Assembly (NCBI RefSeq): GCF_039654945.1
Contig: NW_027361726.1
Span: 26,040,001 to 26,104,000, forward strand
From: Dendrobates tinctorius
Lineage: Eukaryota
Direction: 5' to 3'
Length of the DNA stretch: 64,000 nt
Shown: positions 48,596-62,100 of the stretch, piece after piece
Position numbering within the stretch: position 1 is the first letter of the stretch
Layout of the letters: each line of letters opens with the position of its first letter
Position numbers and translations under genes: made by a program
The notes under the pieces: model-generated
Seen by the model: only the letters and a program-made list of their open reading frames with translations
What the model was told of the DNA's origin: nothing
Database searches by the model: none

Positions 48596-50360
48596 CAGTG
48601 ATATCACCACTGATCTCTAGTGATGGATAGGAGGCATTCTCAGGGATGTCACCGCTGATCTCTAGTGATGGATAGGAGCCATTCTCAGTGATGTCACTGC
48701 TGATCTCTAGTGATGGATAGGAGGCATTCTCAGTGATGTCACTGCTGATCTCTAGTGATGGATAGGAGGCATTCTCAGGGATGTCACCGCTGATCTCTAG
48801 TGATGGATAGGAGGCATTCTCAGTGATGTCACTGCTGATCTCTAGTGATGGATAGGAGGCATTCTCAGTGATGTCACTGCTGATCTCTAGTGATGGATAG
48901 GAGGCATTCTCAGTGATGTCACTGCTGATCTCTAGTGATGGATAGGAGGCATTCTCAGGGATGTCACCGCTGATCTCTAGTGATGGATAGGAGGCATTCT
49001 CAGTGATGTCACTGCTGATCTCTAGTGATGGATAGGAGGCATTCTCAGGGATGTCACCGCTGATCTCTAGTGATGGATAGGAAGCATTCTCAGTGATGTC
49101 ACCGCTGATCTCTAGTGATGGATAGGAGGCATTCTCAGGGATGTCACCGCTGATCTCTAGTGATGGATAGGAGCCATTCTCAGTGATGTCACTGCTGATC
49201 TCTAGTGATGGATAGGAGGCATTCTCAGTGATGTCACATCTGATCTCTATTGATGGATAGGAGGCATTCTCAGTGATGTCACCGCTGATCTCTAGTGATG
49301 GATAGGAGGCACTCTCAGTGATGTCACCGCTGACCTCTAGTGATGGATAGGAGGCATTCTCAGTGATGTCACTGCTGATCTCTAGTGATGGATAGGAGGC
49401 ATTCTCAGTGATGTCACCTCTGATCTCTAGTGATGAATAGGAGGCATTCTCAGTGATGTCACCGCTGATCTCTAGTGATGGATAGGAAGCATTCTCAGTG
49501 ATGTCACCGCTGATCTCTAGTGATGGATAGGAGGCATTCTCAGTGATGTCACCGCTGATCTCTAGTGATGGATAGGAGGCATTCTCAGTGATGTCACTGC
49601 TGATCTCTAGTGATGGATAGGAGGCATTCTCAGGGATGTCTCCGCTGACCTCTAGTGATGGATAGGAGGCATTCTCAGTGATATCACCGCTGATCTCTAG
49701 TGATGGATAGGAGGCATTCTCAGTGATATCACCACTGATCTCTAGTGATGGATAGGAGGCATTCTCAGTGATGTCACCGCTGACCTCTAGTGATGGATAG
49801 GAGGCATTCTCAGGGATGTCACCTCTGATCTCTAGTGATGAATAGGAGGCATTCTCAGTGATGTCACCGCTGATCTCTAGTGATGGATAGGAAGCATTCT
49901 CAGTGATGTCACCGCTGATCTCTAGTGATGGATAGGCGGCATTCTCAGTGATGTCACCTCTGATCTCTAGTGATGGATAGGAGGCATTCTCAGTGATGTC
50001 ACCGCTGATCTCTAGTGATGGATAGGAGGCATTCTCAGTGATGTCATTGCTGATCTCTAGTGATGGATAGGAGGCATTCTCAGTGATGTCACTGCTGATC
50101 TCTAGTGATGGATAGGAGGCATTCTCAGTGATGTCACCTCTGATCTCTAGTGATGTATAGGAGGCATTCTCATTGATGACACTGCTGATCTCTAGTGATG
50201 GATAGGAGGTATTCTCAGTGATGTCACTGATGATCTCTAGTGATGGATAGGAGGCATTCTCAGTGATGTCACCGCTGATCTCTAGTGATGGATAGGAGGC
50301 ATTCTCAGTGATGTCACCGCTGATCTCTAGTGATGGATAGGAGGCATTCTCAGTGATGCC
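48596..50360. repeat. 45-bp satellite (GATCTCTAGTGATGGATAGGAGGCATTCTCAGTGATGTCACCGCT), left arm, ~39 copies
   Basis: 45-bp periodicity. Confidence 0.98.
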
Positions 50361-51041
50361 TGTTATGATGAGTCACCGAAGGAGGAAAAAACAAAATACC
50401 AGCTAAGTCCAGAAAAACCAGAGAGGTTGGCACCTATCGAATTGCAGACCCCTGAACCTATCCACAACAACTAGCAGTAGCCGTGGGGGGTTCCTACGGT
50501 GCCCTAGACCCCTCGAACACAGCCGGAGAGCTAAATAGCCTAAAGACAGAAAGGGGAAAAACTAAACTGCCCCAGAGCAGACCCCAAAGCAATAGGCAGC
50601 CCCCAACATATAATGACGGTGAAGCAAGATGAAAACACTAACACAGATAGAAAGATAGGTTGAGCAAATGATGGGGCCCAAGCTAACTACATAGGACAGG
50701 ATAGGAAAGCTGCTGTCTGCCATCCGCAAAAACCCTATCAAATTGAGCCAACCGACTGATAGGAAAAACAGGCCCTGAAGACGCTAGGCTTCAAAAGACT
50801 ATATCAGCACTCAGGTATATTCTGAAGACAGAGCAAAAGATCAACAGATCAGAGACAAAAATGGAATTCAGCTCACCCCCGGCCGGGGATGGCAGAACTC
50901 CCAAAAAACAAGGCAAAACAAAAACAAAACCGAATAGTACTAAGCAGAGCAGAAAAACTTAGCTTTGAGATGCAGGGATCAGACTGGTCTCCAAGAATCC
51001 AGCAGGAAAATCACCAGCCAGGAAGAAGGGCGTCAGCAGCC

Positions 51042-53789
51042 TTATATCCAGTCCTCAATTCCAGCCACCCAGTTATCATCTAGCTGCCCAGGTGTTTGGT
51101 AATCAGTCTCACTACCTTCCTTCACCAGAGGAGGGAGTTCATCAGACCTCAATGATGAAGGGAAAAATGAACTCACAACAGTACCTCCCCCTTGAGGAGG
51201 GGTCACCGAACCCTCATCCATGCCACCAGGGTGATCCGGGTGAGCCCGATGAAAGGCACGCACCAATCTTTCGGCATGAATATCAGAGGCAGAGACCCAG
51301 GAATTATCCTCCTGACCATAACCCTTCCACTTAACCAAATACTGGAGCCTCCGTCTAGCCAGACGGGAATCCAGTATCTTCTCTACCTCATATTCCATGT
51401 TACCTTCAACCAATATAGGGTCAGGAGGTGCCACCACAGGAACTACTGGTTCAACAAACCTCTTCAACAAGGACTTATGAAACACATTATGAATTTTAAA
51501 TGAGACAGGAAGAGCCAACCGAAAAGAGACCGGATTAATAATCTCCAAAATCTTGTAAGGTCCAATAAATCTAGGGTTAAACTTAGGAGAAGCCACCTTC
51601 ATAGCGATATTTTTTGATGACAACCAAACCATATCACCCACCTTAAACTGGGGACCAACGGTCCTACGCCGGTTGGAAAACCGCTGGGCCTTTTTTCTGG
51701 GAGAGAGACAACTTATCCACTACTTGGTCCCAGATCTGGTGCATTCTCTCCATCACAGTGTCAACACCTGGGCAGTCAGAAGGCTCCACCTGCCCTGAAG
51801 AAAATCGAGGGTGAAACCCAAAGTTACAAAAAAAAGGTGACATCAAAGTGGCAGAACTAGCTCTATTATTTAAAGCAAATTCGTCCAAGGGCAAAAATGA
51901 AACCCAATCATCCTGATCGGCAGAAATAAAACATCTCAAATACGACTCCAAAGTCTGGTTTGTTCTCTCCGTCTGCCCATTGGTCTGAGGGTGAAACGCA
52001 GAGGAGAAGGACAACTGAATTCCCAGCTTGGAACAGAAAGTCCTCCAAAATCTAGACACAAACTGAACTCCTCTGTCAGATACAATGTTCTCAGGAATCC
52101 CGTGCAAGCGAACCACCTGTTGCAAAAACAAGGGCACTAACTCAGAGGAAGATGGCAACTTAGGGAGTGGTACAAGATGGACCATCTTAGAGAATCTATC
52201 ACAAATAACAGTCATTCTCTGAGAGACAGGCATATCAGAGATAAAATCCATTGAAATATGGGTCCATGGCCTCCTGGGCACCGGCAAAGGCATCAACAAG
52301 CCACTAGAGCGAGAACAAGGTTTAGACCGGGAGCAAGTCCCACAGGACTGCACAAAATTCCTGACATCACGAGACAAGGCGGGCCACCAAAAAGACCGAC
52401 TCACCAGATCTCTAGTACCAAAAATACCTGGATGACCAGCCAATGTAGAGCAATGAACTTCAGACATCACTCTCTTCCTCCACTGGTCAGGAACATACAA
52501 CTTTCCACTGGGACAACGCTCAGGTTTGTCCTCCTGAAACTCTTCCAGAGCACGTCTCAAATTGGGCGAGATGGCAGAAAGAACTACCCCCTCGCCTAAG
52601 ATGGTAGCAGGCTTAGTCACAACAGGAGAATCAGAAAGGAAATTCCTAGAGAGGGCGTCTGCCTTGACATTCTTAGTGCCCGGAAGAAAAGAGACTACAA
52701 AATCAAAACGTGTGAAAAACAAGGCCCACCTAGCCTGTCTAGGATTCAAGCGCTTGGCCGACTCCAGGTAAATCAAATTCTTGTGGTCAGTAAGGACCAC
52801 GACTTGGTGTTTGGCTCCGTCCAACCAATGTCTCCACTCCTCAAATGCCCATTTCATGGCCAACAGTTCCCGATTCCCCACATCATAGTTACGTTCGGAT
52901 GGGGAGAACTTTCGGGAAAAGAAAGCACAAGGATTCATTTTAGATGTCACAGGATCTTTTTGGGACAACACCGCTCCTGCACCAATCTCAGAAGCGTCCA
53001 CATCCACCTGAAACGGGAGTGAGACATCAGGTTGCCGCAAAACCGAAGCAGAAGTGAATCTTCGCTTCAGCTACTGAAAGGAAGAAACAGCCTCCGGAGA
53101 CCAATTCAGCACATCAGCAAACTTCCTAGTCAAATCTGTCAATGGCTTGGCAATACCAGAAAAATTAGCTATAAATTTCCGATAAAAATTAGCAAAATCC
53201 AAAAACTTCTGGAGGGCCTTCAAAGAAGTGGGCTGAACCCAATCATAAATGGCCTGTACCTTGGCCGGGTCCATTTCAATAGTTGACGGAGACAAAATAA
53301 ATCCCAAAAATGAAACCCTCTGTACCCCAAAAAGGCATTTCGATCCCTTGACATACAGGGAATTCTCCCTCAAAATCCGGAACACAGTCCGAACATGTTC
53401 CACATGAGAGTCCCAATTCTTGGAGAAGATCAAAATATCATCCAAATAGATCAAACATTTATCCACAAAGTCTCGGAATATATCGTTCATGAAGCACTGG
53501 AAGACAGAAGGGGCATTAGTGAGCCCAAAAGGCATCACCAGGTACTCAAAATGTCCCTCCGGAGTATTAAACGCTGTCTTCCATTCATCCCCATGCTTAA
53601 TGTGAATAAGATTATACGCCCCCTGAGGTAAAGCTTGGTAAACCAGCAAGCACCTTTAACTTTGGAGAATAGATCAGAAATCAGGGGTAACGGATACTGA
53701 TATTTAACAGTAATTTTGTTGAGGGCACGATAGTCAATACAAGGCCTTAATGAACCATCCTTTTTAGCCACGAAAAAAAAACCCAGCAC
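51042..53789 (-). pseudogene. pol: pol (RT, RNase H, integrase, chromodomain) broken by frameshifts and stops
   Basis: [66 protein letters not shown], chromodomain YEVEKILDSR...YLVKWKGY...NSW. Confidence 0.95.
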
Positions 53790-55281
53790 CTAATGGTGAA
53801 GAGGATGGTCTAATATGACCCTTCTCCAATGCCTCCTTAATATAGGATCGCATAGCCTCGTGCTCGGGTACAGATAAATTGAAAAGCTGACCCTTGGGGA
53901 ATTTACACCCCGGGTTCAGCTCAATTGCACAGTCATAACTCCTATGAGGAGGCAAAGACGCAGACTCATTCTCACTAAATACATCATAAAAGTCAGCCAA
54001 ATAGTCAGGAACATCATGCGACTGGGGAGAGGTGGAGAAAACAGGAGCATCACTAAGGGCACACCGACAACCCCAACTCACCACAGACAAAGATTTCCAA
54101 TCCAGAACTGGATTATGGATTTGCAACCAGGGAAACCCCAGAACAATGGTATCATGCAAATTATGCAACACCAAAAATCTGCAATTTTCTTGATGGTCTG
54201 GGGCGACCCGCATTACCACCTGGGTCCAAAACTGAGGTTTATTCTTCGCCAAAGGAGTAGCATCAATCCCCCTCAAAGGGATAGGCGTCTGCAGAGGTGT
54301 CATAGGAAATCCACAATGTTTAGCAAAATCCAAGTCCATCAGGTTCAGAGCTGCTCCTGAATCCACAAAAGCCTTGGCGGAAAACGTGGACAGGGAGCAG
54401 ATCAGAGTAATTGCCAGAAGAAACTTAGGTTGAACACCACCCACAGAAAACCTGTGTACACAACGTTTCTCTCGTTTAGGGCAGACAGAAATAATATGCG
54501 AGGCATCTCCACAAAAAAAACACAGCTTATTATGCCTTCTGAACTCCTGACGTTGCACCCTAGACAAAACTCTATCACATTGCATAGGTTCAGACATTTG
54601 TTCAACAGGTGGCAACATCTCTCGTGTAGTTTTGCGTTCACGTAAACGCCGATCCACCTGAATGGCTAATAACATAGAATCGTCAAGACCAGAGGGAACA
54701 GGAAATCCCACCATAGTACCTTTTACAGTTTCTGACAAACCCTTCCGAAAGAGGGCTGCCAAGGCACCATCATTCCAGGTAGTAAGGACCGCCCACTTTC
54801 GGAATTTTTGACAGTACAACTCTGCCGAATACCGACCCTGGCTTAATGCCAACAGGGTCTTTTCAGCCTGATCAATACCATTAGGTTCATCATACAACAA
54901 CCCCAAGGCTTGAAAAAATGCGTTCACATTATTCAGAATAGGATCATCAGGTTTCAAAGAAAACGCCCAATCCTGGGGATCGCCGCGCAGCAAAGAGATG
55001 ACAATTTTAATCTGCTGCGCGGAGTTCCCAGACGAGTTAGGCTTCAAGGCAAAAAATAATTTACAATTATTCTTGAAATTCAAGAATTTACACCGATCCC
55101 CAAAAAACACATCTGGAGTAGGAATCTTTGGTTCAGCAGCATGTGAATGAGCAAGATAGGCGGAAATTCCCCGCACTTCAGCAGCGAGCTGCTCCACACG
55201 ATCAGACAATTGCTTCATCTCCATTGAGAGAAAAATTCCCCCTATGGCCTCAGAGATATAGAGCAAAAAATAGGCACACAC
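53764..55281 (-). CDS. gag: Gag plus aspartic protease of the sushi-type element (frameshifts into RT)
   Basis: [14 protein letters not shown] gag region, CCHC knuckle [14 protein letters not shown], protease [19 protein letters not shown]. Confidence 0.9.
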   Translation of the reverse strand: MCAYFLLYISEAIGGIFLSMEMKQLSDRVEQLAAEVRGISAYLAHSHAAEPKIPTPDVFFGDRCKFLNFKNNCKLFFALKPNSSGNSAQQIKIVISLLRGDPQDWAFSLKPDDPILNNVNAFFQALGLLYDEPNGIDQAEKTLLALSQGRYSAELYCQKFRKWAVLTTWNDGALAALFRKGLSETVKGTMVGFPVPSGLDDSMLLAIQVDRRLRERKTTREMLPPVEQMSEPMQCDRVLSRVQRQEFRRHNKLCFFCGDASHIISVCPKREKRCVHRFSVGGVQPKFLLAITLICSLSTFSAKAFVDSGAALNLMDLDFAKHCGFPMTPLQTPIPLRGIDATPLAKNKPQFWTQVVMRVAPDHQENCRFLVLHNLHDTIVLGFPWLQIHNPVLDWKSLSVVSWGCRCALSDAPVFSTSPQSHDVPDYLADFYDVFSENESASLPPHRSYDCAIELNPGCKFPKGQLFNLSVPEHEAMRSYIKEALEKGHIRPSSSPLGAGFFFRG

Positions 55282-55358
55282 AAAAAAAAAATTCTGACAC
55301 TTTTTTCTTTTTTTTTTACAATTCTCTCCTACTATTGAGTACCTTAGGATCTGCGGTA

Positions 55359-55370
55359 TGGCTGGTGATT
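55359..55370 (-). promoter_or_regulatory. Self-priming PBS (AATCACCAGCCA), complementary to the predicted transcript 5' end at 56020-56031
   Basis: 12/12 complement of a site in the 5' LTR lying ~25 nt downstream of TATAA (56053-56057); no TGG-type tRNA PBS. Confidence 0.85.
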
Positions 55371-56191
55371 CTGTTATGATGAGTCACCGAAGGAGGAAAA
55401 AACAAAATACCAGCTAAGTCCAGAAAAACCGGAGAGGTTGGCAGCTATCGGATTGCAGACCCCTGAACCTATCCACAACAACTAGCAGTAGCCGTGGGGG
55501 GTTCCTACGGTGCCCTAGACCCCTCAAACACAGCCGGAGAGCTAAATAGCCTAAAGACAGAAAGGGGAAAAACTAAACTGCCCCAGAGCAGACCCCAAAG
55601 CAATAGGCAGCCCCCAACATATAATGACGGTGAAGCAAGATGAAAACACTAACACAGATAGAAAGATAGGTTGAGCAAATGATGGGGCCCAAGCTAACTA
55701 CATAGGACAGGATAGGAAAGCTGCTGTCTGCCATCCGCAAAAACCCTATCAAATTGAGCCAACCGACTGATAGGAAAAAAAGGCCCTGAAGACGCTAGGC
55801 TTCAAAAGACTATATCAGCACTCAGGTATATTCTGAAGACAGAGCAAAAGATCAACAGATCAGAGACAAAAGTGGAATTCAGCTCACCCCCGGCCGCGGA
55901 TGGCAGAACTCCCAAAAAACAAGGCAGAACAAAAACAAAACCGAATAGTACTAAGCAGAGCAGAAAAACTTAGCTTTGAGATGCAGGGATCAGACTGGTC
56001 TCCAAGAATCCAGCAGGAAAATCACCAGCCAGGAAGAAGGGCGTCGGCAGCCTTATATCCAGTCCTCAATTCCAGCCACCCAGTTATCATCTAGCTGCCC
56101 AGGTGTTTGGTAATCAGTCTCACTACCTTCCTTCACCAGAGGAGGGAGTTCATCAGACCTCAATGATGAAGGGAAAAATGAACTCACAACA

Positions 56192-59100
56192 GAAGTCACC
56201 GCTGATGTCTAGTGATGGATAGGAGGCATTCTCAGTGATGTCACCACTGATCTCTAGTGATGGATAGGAGGCATTCTCAGTGATGTCACCACTGATCTCT
56301 AGTGATGGATAGGAGGCATTCTCAGTGATGTCACCACTGATCTCTAGTGATGGATAGGAGGCATTCTCAGTGATGTCACCACTGATCTCTAGTGATGCAT
56401 AGGAGGCATTCTCAGTGATGTCACTGCTGATTTCTAGTGATGGATAGGAGGCATTCTCAGTGATGTCACCGCTGATCTCTACTGATGAATAGGAGGCATT
56501 CTCAGTGATGTCACTGCTGATCTCTAGGGATGGATAGGAGGCATTCTCGGTGATGTCACCTCTGATCTCTAGTGATGGATAGGAGGCATCACAGTGATGT
56601 CACCGCTGATCTCTAGTGATGGATAGGAGGCATTCTCAGTGATGTCACCGCTGATCTCTAGTGATGGATAAGAGGCATTCTCAGTGATGTCACCGCTGAT
56701 CTCTAGTGATGGATAGGAGGCATTCTCAGTGATGTCACTGCTGATCTCTAGTGATGGATAGTTGGCATTCTCAGTGATGTCACCTCTGATCTCTAGTGAT
56801 GGATAGGAGGCATTCTCAGTGATGTCACTGCTGATCTCTAGTGATGGATTGGAGGCATTCTCAGTGATGTCACCGCTGATCTCTAGTGATGGATAAGAGG
56901 CATTCTCAGTGTTGTCACCGCTGATCTCTAGTGATGGATAGGAGGCATTCTCAGTGATGTCACTGCTGATCTCTAGTGATGGATAGTTGGCATTCTCAGT
57001 GATGTCACCTCTGATCTCTAGTGATGGATAGGAGGCATTCTCAGTGATGTCACTGCTGATCTCTAGTGATGGATTGGAGGCATTCTCAGTGATGTCACCG
57101 CTGATCTCAGTGATGGATAGGAGGCATTCTCAGTGATGTCACTACTGATCTCTAGTGATGGATAGGAGCCATTCTCAGTGATGTCACTGCTGATCTCTAG
57201 TGATAGATAGTTGGCATTCTCAGTGATGTCACTGCTGATCTCTAGTGATGGATAGGAGGCATTCTCAGTGATGTCACTACTGATCTCTAGTGATGGATAG
57301 GAGGCATTCTCAGTGATGTCACTGCTGATCTCTAGTGATGGATAGGAGGCATTCTCAGTGATGTCACCTCTGATCTCTAGTGATGGATAGGAGGCATCAC
57401 AGTGATGTCACCGCTGATCTCTAGTGATGGATAGGAGGCATTCTCAGTGATGTCACCACTGATCTCTAGTGATGGATATGAGGCATTCTCAGTGATGTCA
57501 CCTCTGATATCTAGTGATGGATAGGAGGCTTTATCAGTGATGTCACCGCTGATCTCTAGTGATGGATAGGAGGCATTCTCAGTGATGTCACCTCTGATAT
57601 CTAGTGATGGATAGGAGGCATTCTCAGTGATGTCACTGCTGATCTCTAGTGATGCATAGGAGGGATTCTCAATGATGTCACCGCTGATCTCTAGGGATGG
57701 ATATGAGGCATTCTCAGTGATGTCATCTCTGATCTCTAGTGATGGATAGAAGGCATTCTCAGTGATGTCACTGCTGATCTCTAGTGATGGAGAGGAGGCA
57801 TTCTCAGTGATGTCACCTCTTATCTCTAGTGATGGATAGGAGGCATTCTCAGTGATGTCACTGCTGATCTCTAGTGATGGATAGGAGGCATTCTCAGTGA
57901 TATCACCGCTGATCTCTAGTGATGGATAGGAGGCATTCTCAGTGATGTCACTGCTGATCTCTAGTGATGGATAGGAGGTATTCTCTGTGATGTCACTGCT
58001 GATCTCTAGAGATGGATAGGAGGCATTCTCAGTGATTTCACCTCTGATCTCTAGTGATGGATAGGAGGCATTCTCAGTGATGTCACCGCTGATCTCTAGT
58101 GATGGATAGGAGGCATTCTCAGTGATGTCACCGCTGATCTCTAGTGATGGATAGGAAGCATTCTCAGTGATATCACCACTGATCTCTAGTGATGGCTAGG
58201 CGGCATTCTCAGTGATGTCACTGCTGATCTCTAGTGATGGATAGGAAGCATTCTCAGTGATATCACCACTGATCTCTAGTGATGGCTAGGCGGCATTCTC
58301 AGTGATGTCACCACTGATCTCTAGTGATGGATAGGCGTCATTCTCATTGATATCACCTCTGTTCTCTAGTGATGGATAGGAGGCATTCTCAGTGATGTCA
58401 CCTCTGATCTCTAGTGATGGATAGGAGACATTCTCAGTGATGTCACTGCTGATCTCTAGTGATGGATAGGAGGCATTCTCAGTGATGTCACCTCTGTTCT
58501 CTAGTGATGGATAGGAGGAATTCTCAGTGATGTCACCGCTGATCTCTAGTGATGGATAGGAGGCATTCTCAGTGATGTCACTGCTGATCTCTAGTGATGG
58601 ATAGGAGGCATTCTCAGTGATGTCACCTCTGATCTCTAGTGATGGATAGGAGGCATTCTCAGTGATGTCACTGCTGATATCTAGTGATGGATAGGAGGCA
58701 TTCTCAGTGATGTCACCGCTGATCTCTAGTGATGGATAGGAGGCATTCTCAGTGATGTCACCGCTGATCACTAGTGATGAATAGGAGGCATTCTCAGTGA
58801 TGTCACCGCTGATCTCTAGGGATGGATAGGAGGCATTCTCAGTGACGTCACCTCTGATCTCTAGTGATGGATAGGAGGCATTCTCAGTTATGTCACTGCT
58901 GATCTCTAGTGATGGATAGGAGGAATTCTCAGTGATGTCACCGCTGATCTCTAGTGATGGATAGGAGGCATTCTCAGTGATGTCACCTCTGATCTCTAGT
59001 GATGGACAGGAGGCATTCGCAGTGATGTCACTGCTGATCGCTAGTGATGGATAGGAGGCATTCTCAGTGATGTCACCTCTGATCTCTAGTGATGGACAGG

Positions 59101-62100
59101 AGGCATTCTCAGTGATGTCACTGCTGATCTCTAGTGATGGATAGGAGGCATTCTCAGTGATGTCACCGCTGATCTCTAGTGATGGATAGGAGGCATTCTC
59201 AGTGATGTCACCGCTGATCACTAGTGATGAATAGGAGGCATTCTCAGTGATGTCACCGCTGATCTCTAGGGATGGATAGGAGGCATTCTCGGTGACGTCA
59301 CCTCTGATCTCTAGTGATGGATAGGAGGCATTCTCAGTGATGTCACCTCTTATCTCTAGTGATGGATTGGAGGCATTCTCAGTGATGTCATTGCTGATCT
59401 CTAGTGATGGATAGGAGGCATTCTCAGTGATATCACCGCTGATCTCTAGTGATGGATAGGAGGCATTCTCAGTGATGTCACTGCTGATCTCTAGTGATGG
59501 ATAGGAGGTATTCTCTGTGATGTCACTGCTGATCTCTAGAGATGGATAGGAGGCATTCTCAGTGATGTCACCTCTGATCTCTAGTGATGGATAGGAGACA
59601 TTCTCAGTGATGTCACCGCTGATCTCTAGTGATGGCTAGGCGGCATTCTCAGTGATGTCACTGCTGATCTCTAGTGATGGATAGGAAGCATTCTCAGTGA
59701 TGTCACCACTGATCTCTAGTGATGGCTAGGCGGCATTCTCAGTGATGTAACTGCTGATCTCTAGTGATGAATAGGAAGCATTCTCATTGATATCACCTCT
59801 GTTCTCTAGTGATGGATTGGAGGCATTCTCAGTGATGTTACCTCTGATCTCTAGTGATGGATAGGAGACATTCTCAGTGATGTCACTGCTGATCTCTAGT
59901 GATGGATAGGAGGCATTCTCAGTGATGTCACCTCTTTTCTCTAGTGATGGATAGGAGGCATTCTCAGTGATGTCACTGCTGATCTCTAGTGATGGATAGG
60001 AGGCATTCTCAGTGATGTCACCTCTGATCTCTAGTGATGGACAGGAGGCATTCTCAGTGATGTCACTGCTGATCTCTAGTGATGGATAGGAGGAATTCTC
60101 AGTGATGTCACCGCTGATCTCTAGTGATGGATAGGAGGCATTCTCAGTGATGTCACCTTTGATCTCTAGTGATGGACAGGAGGCATTCTCAGTGATGTCA
60201 CTGCTGATCTCTAGTGATGGATAGGAGGCATTCTCAGTGATGTCACCGCTGATCTCTAGTGATGGATAGGAGGCATTCTCAGTGATGTCACCGCTGATCA
60301 CTAGTGATGAATAGGAGGCATTCTCAGTGATGTCACCGCTGATCTCTAGTGATTGATAGGAGGCATTCTCAGTGATGTCACCGCTGATCTCTAGTGATGG
60401 ATAGGAGGCATTCTCAGTGATGTCACCTCTGATCTCTAGTGATGGATAGGAGGCATTCTCAGTGATGTCACTGCTGATCTCTAGTGATGGATAGGAGGCA
60501 TTATCAGTGATGTCACCGCTGATCTCTAGTGATGGATAGGAGGCATTCTCAGTGATGTCACCTCTGATCTCTAGTGATGGATAGGAGTCATTCTCAGTGA
60601 TGTCAATGCTGATCTCTAGTGATGGATAGGAGGCATTCTCAGTGATGTCACCGCTGATCTCTAGTGATGGATAGGAGGCATTCTCAGTGATGTCACTACT
60701 GATCTCTAGTGATGGATAGGAGCCATTCTCAGTGATGTCACCGCTGATCTCTAGTGATGGATAGGAGGCATTCTCAGTGATATCACCTCTGATCTCTAGT
60801 GATGGATAGGAGGCATTCTCAGTGATGTCACCGCTGATCTCTAGTGATGGATAGGAGGCATTCTCAGTGATGCAACTGCTGATCTCTAGTGATGGACTGG
60901 AGGCATTCTCAGTGATGTCACTGCTGATCTCTAGTGATGGATAGAAGGTATTCTCAGTGATGTCACTGCTGATCTCTAGAGATGGATAGGAGGCATTCTC
61001 AGTGATGTCACCTCTGATCTCTAGTGATGGCTAGGAGGCATTCTCAGTGATATCACCTCTGTTCTCTAGTGATGGATAGGAGGTATTCTCAGTGATGTCA
61101 CTGCTGATCTCTAGTGATGGATAGGAGGCATTCTCAGTTATGTCACTGCTGATCTCTAGTGATGGATAGGAGGCATTCTCAGTGATGTCACCGCTGATCT
61201 CTAGTGATGGATAGGAGGCATTCTCAGTGATATCACCGCTGATCTCTAGTGAAGGATAGGAGGCATTCTCAGTGATGTCATCGCTGATCTCTAGTGATGG
61301 ATAGGAGGCATTCTCAGTGATGTCACCTCTGATCTCTAGTGATGGACAGGAGGCATTCTCAGTGATGTCACTGCTGATCTCTAGTGATGGATAGGAGGCA
61401 TTCTCAGTGATGTCACCGCTGATCTCTAGTGATGGATAGGAGGTATTCTCAGTGATGTCACCTCTGATCTCTAGTGATGGATAGGAGGCATCACAGTGAT
61501 GTCACCGCTGATCTCTAGTGATGGATAGGAGGCATTCTCAGTGATGTCACCGCTGATCTCTAGGGATGGATAGGAGGCATTCTCGGTGATGTCACCTCTG
61601 ATCTCTAGTGATGGATAGGAGGCATCACAGTGATGTCACCGCTGATCTCTAGTGATGGATAGGAGGCATTCTCAGTGATGTCACCGCTGATCTCTAGTGA
61701 TGGATAGGAGGCATTCTCAGTGATGTCACCGCTGATCTCTAGTGATGGATAGGAGGCATTCTCAGTGATGTCACCTATGATCTCTAGTGATGGATAGGAG
61801 GCATTCTCAGTGATGTCACTGCTGATCTCTAGTGATGGATAGGAGGCATTCTCAGTGATGTCACTTCTGATCTCTAGTGATGGATAGGAGTCATTCTCAG
61901 TGATGTCACCTCTGATCTCTAATGATGGATAGGAGACATTCTCAGTGATGTCACTGCTGATCTCTAGTGATAGATAGTTGGCATTCTCAGTGATGTCACC
62001 TCTGATCTCTAGTGATGGATAGGAGGCCTTCTCAGTGATGTCACTGCTGATCTCTAGTGATGGATTGGAGGCATTCTCAGTGATGTCACCTCTGATCTCT

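Larger units (their letters stand above)
50361..56191 (-). mobile_element. Full-length chromodomain-bearing Gypsy (Tf1/sushi-type chromovirus) retrotransposon
   Basis: 820-bp LTRs at 50361-51180 and 55372-56191 (TG...CA, ~9 substitutions by eye); PPT AAGGGGGAGGTAC next to the 3' LTR; gag-pro-RT-RH-IN-chromo order. Confidence 0.97.

Noticed and set aside
58840-58852. CRE site TGACGTCA within the 45-bp satellite
   Set aside because: Only a couple of units carry it, as point variants of TGATGTCA; no evidence of function
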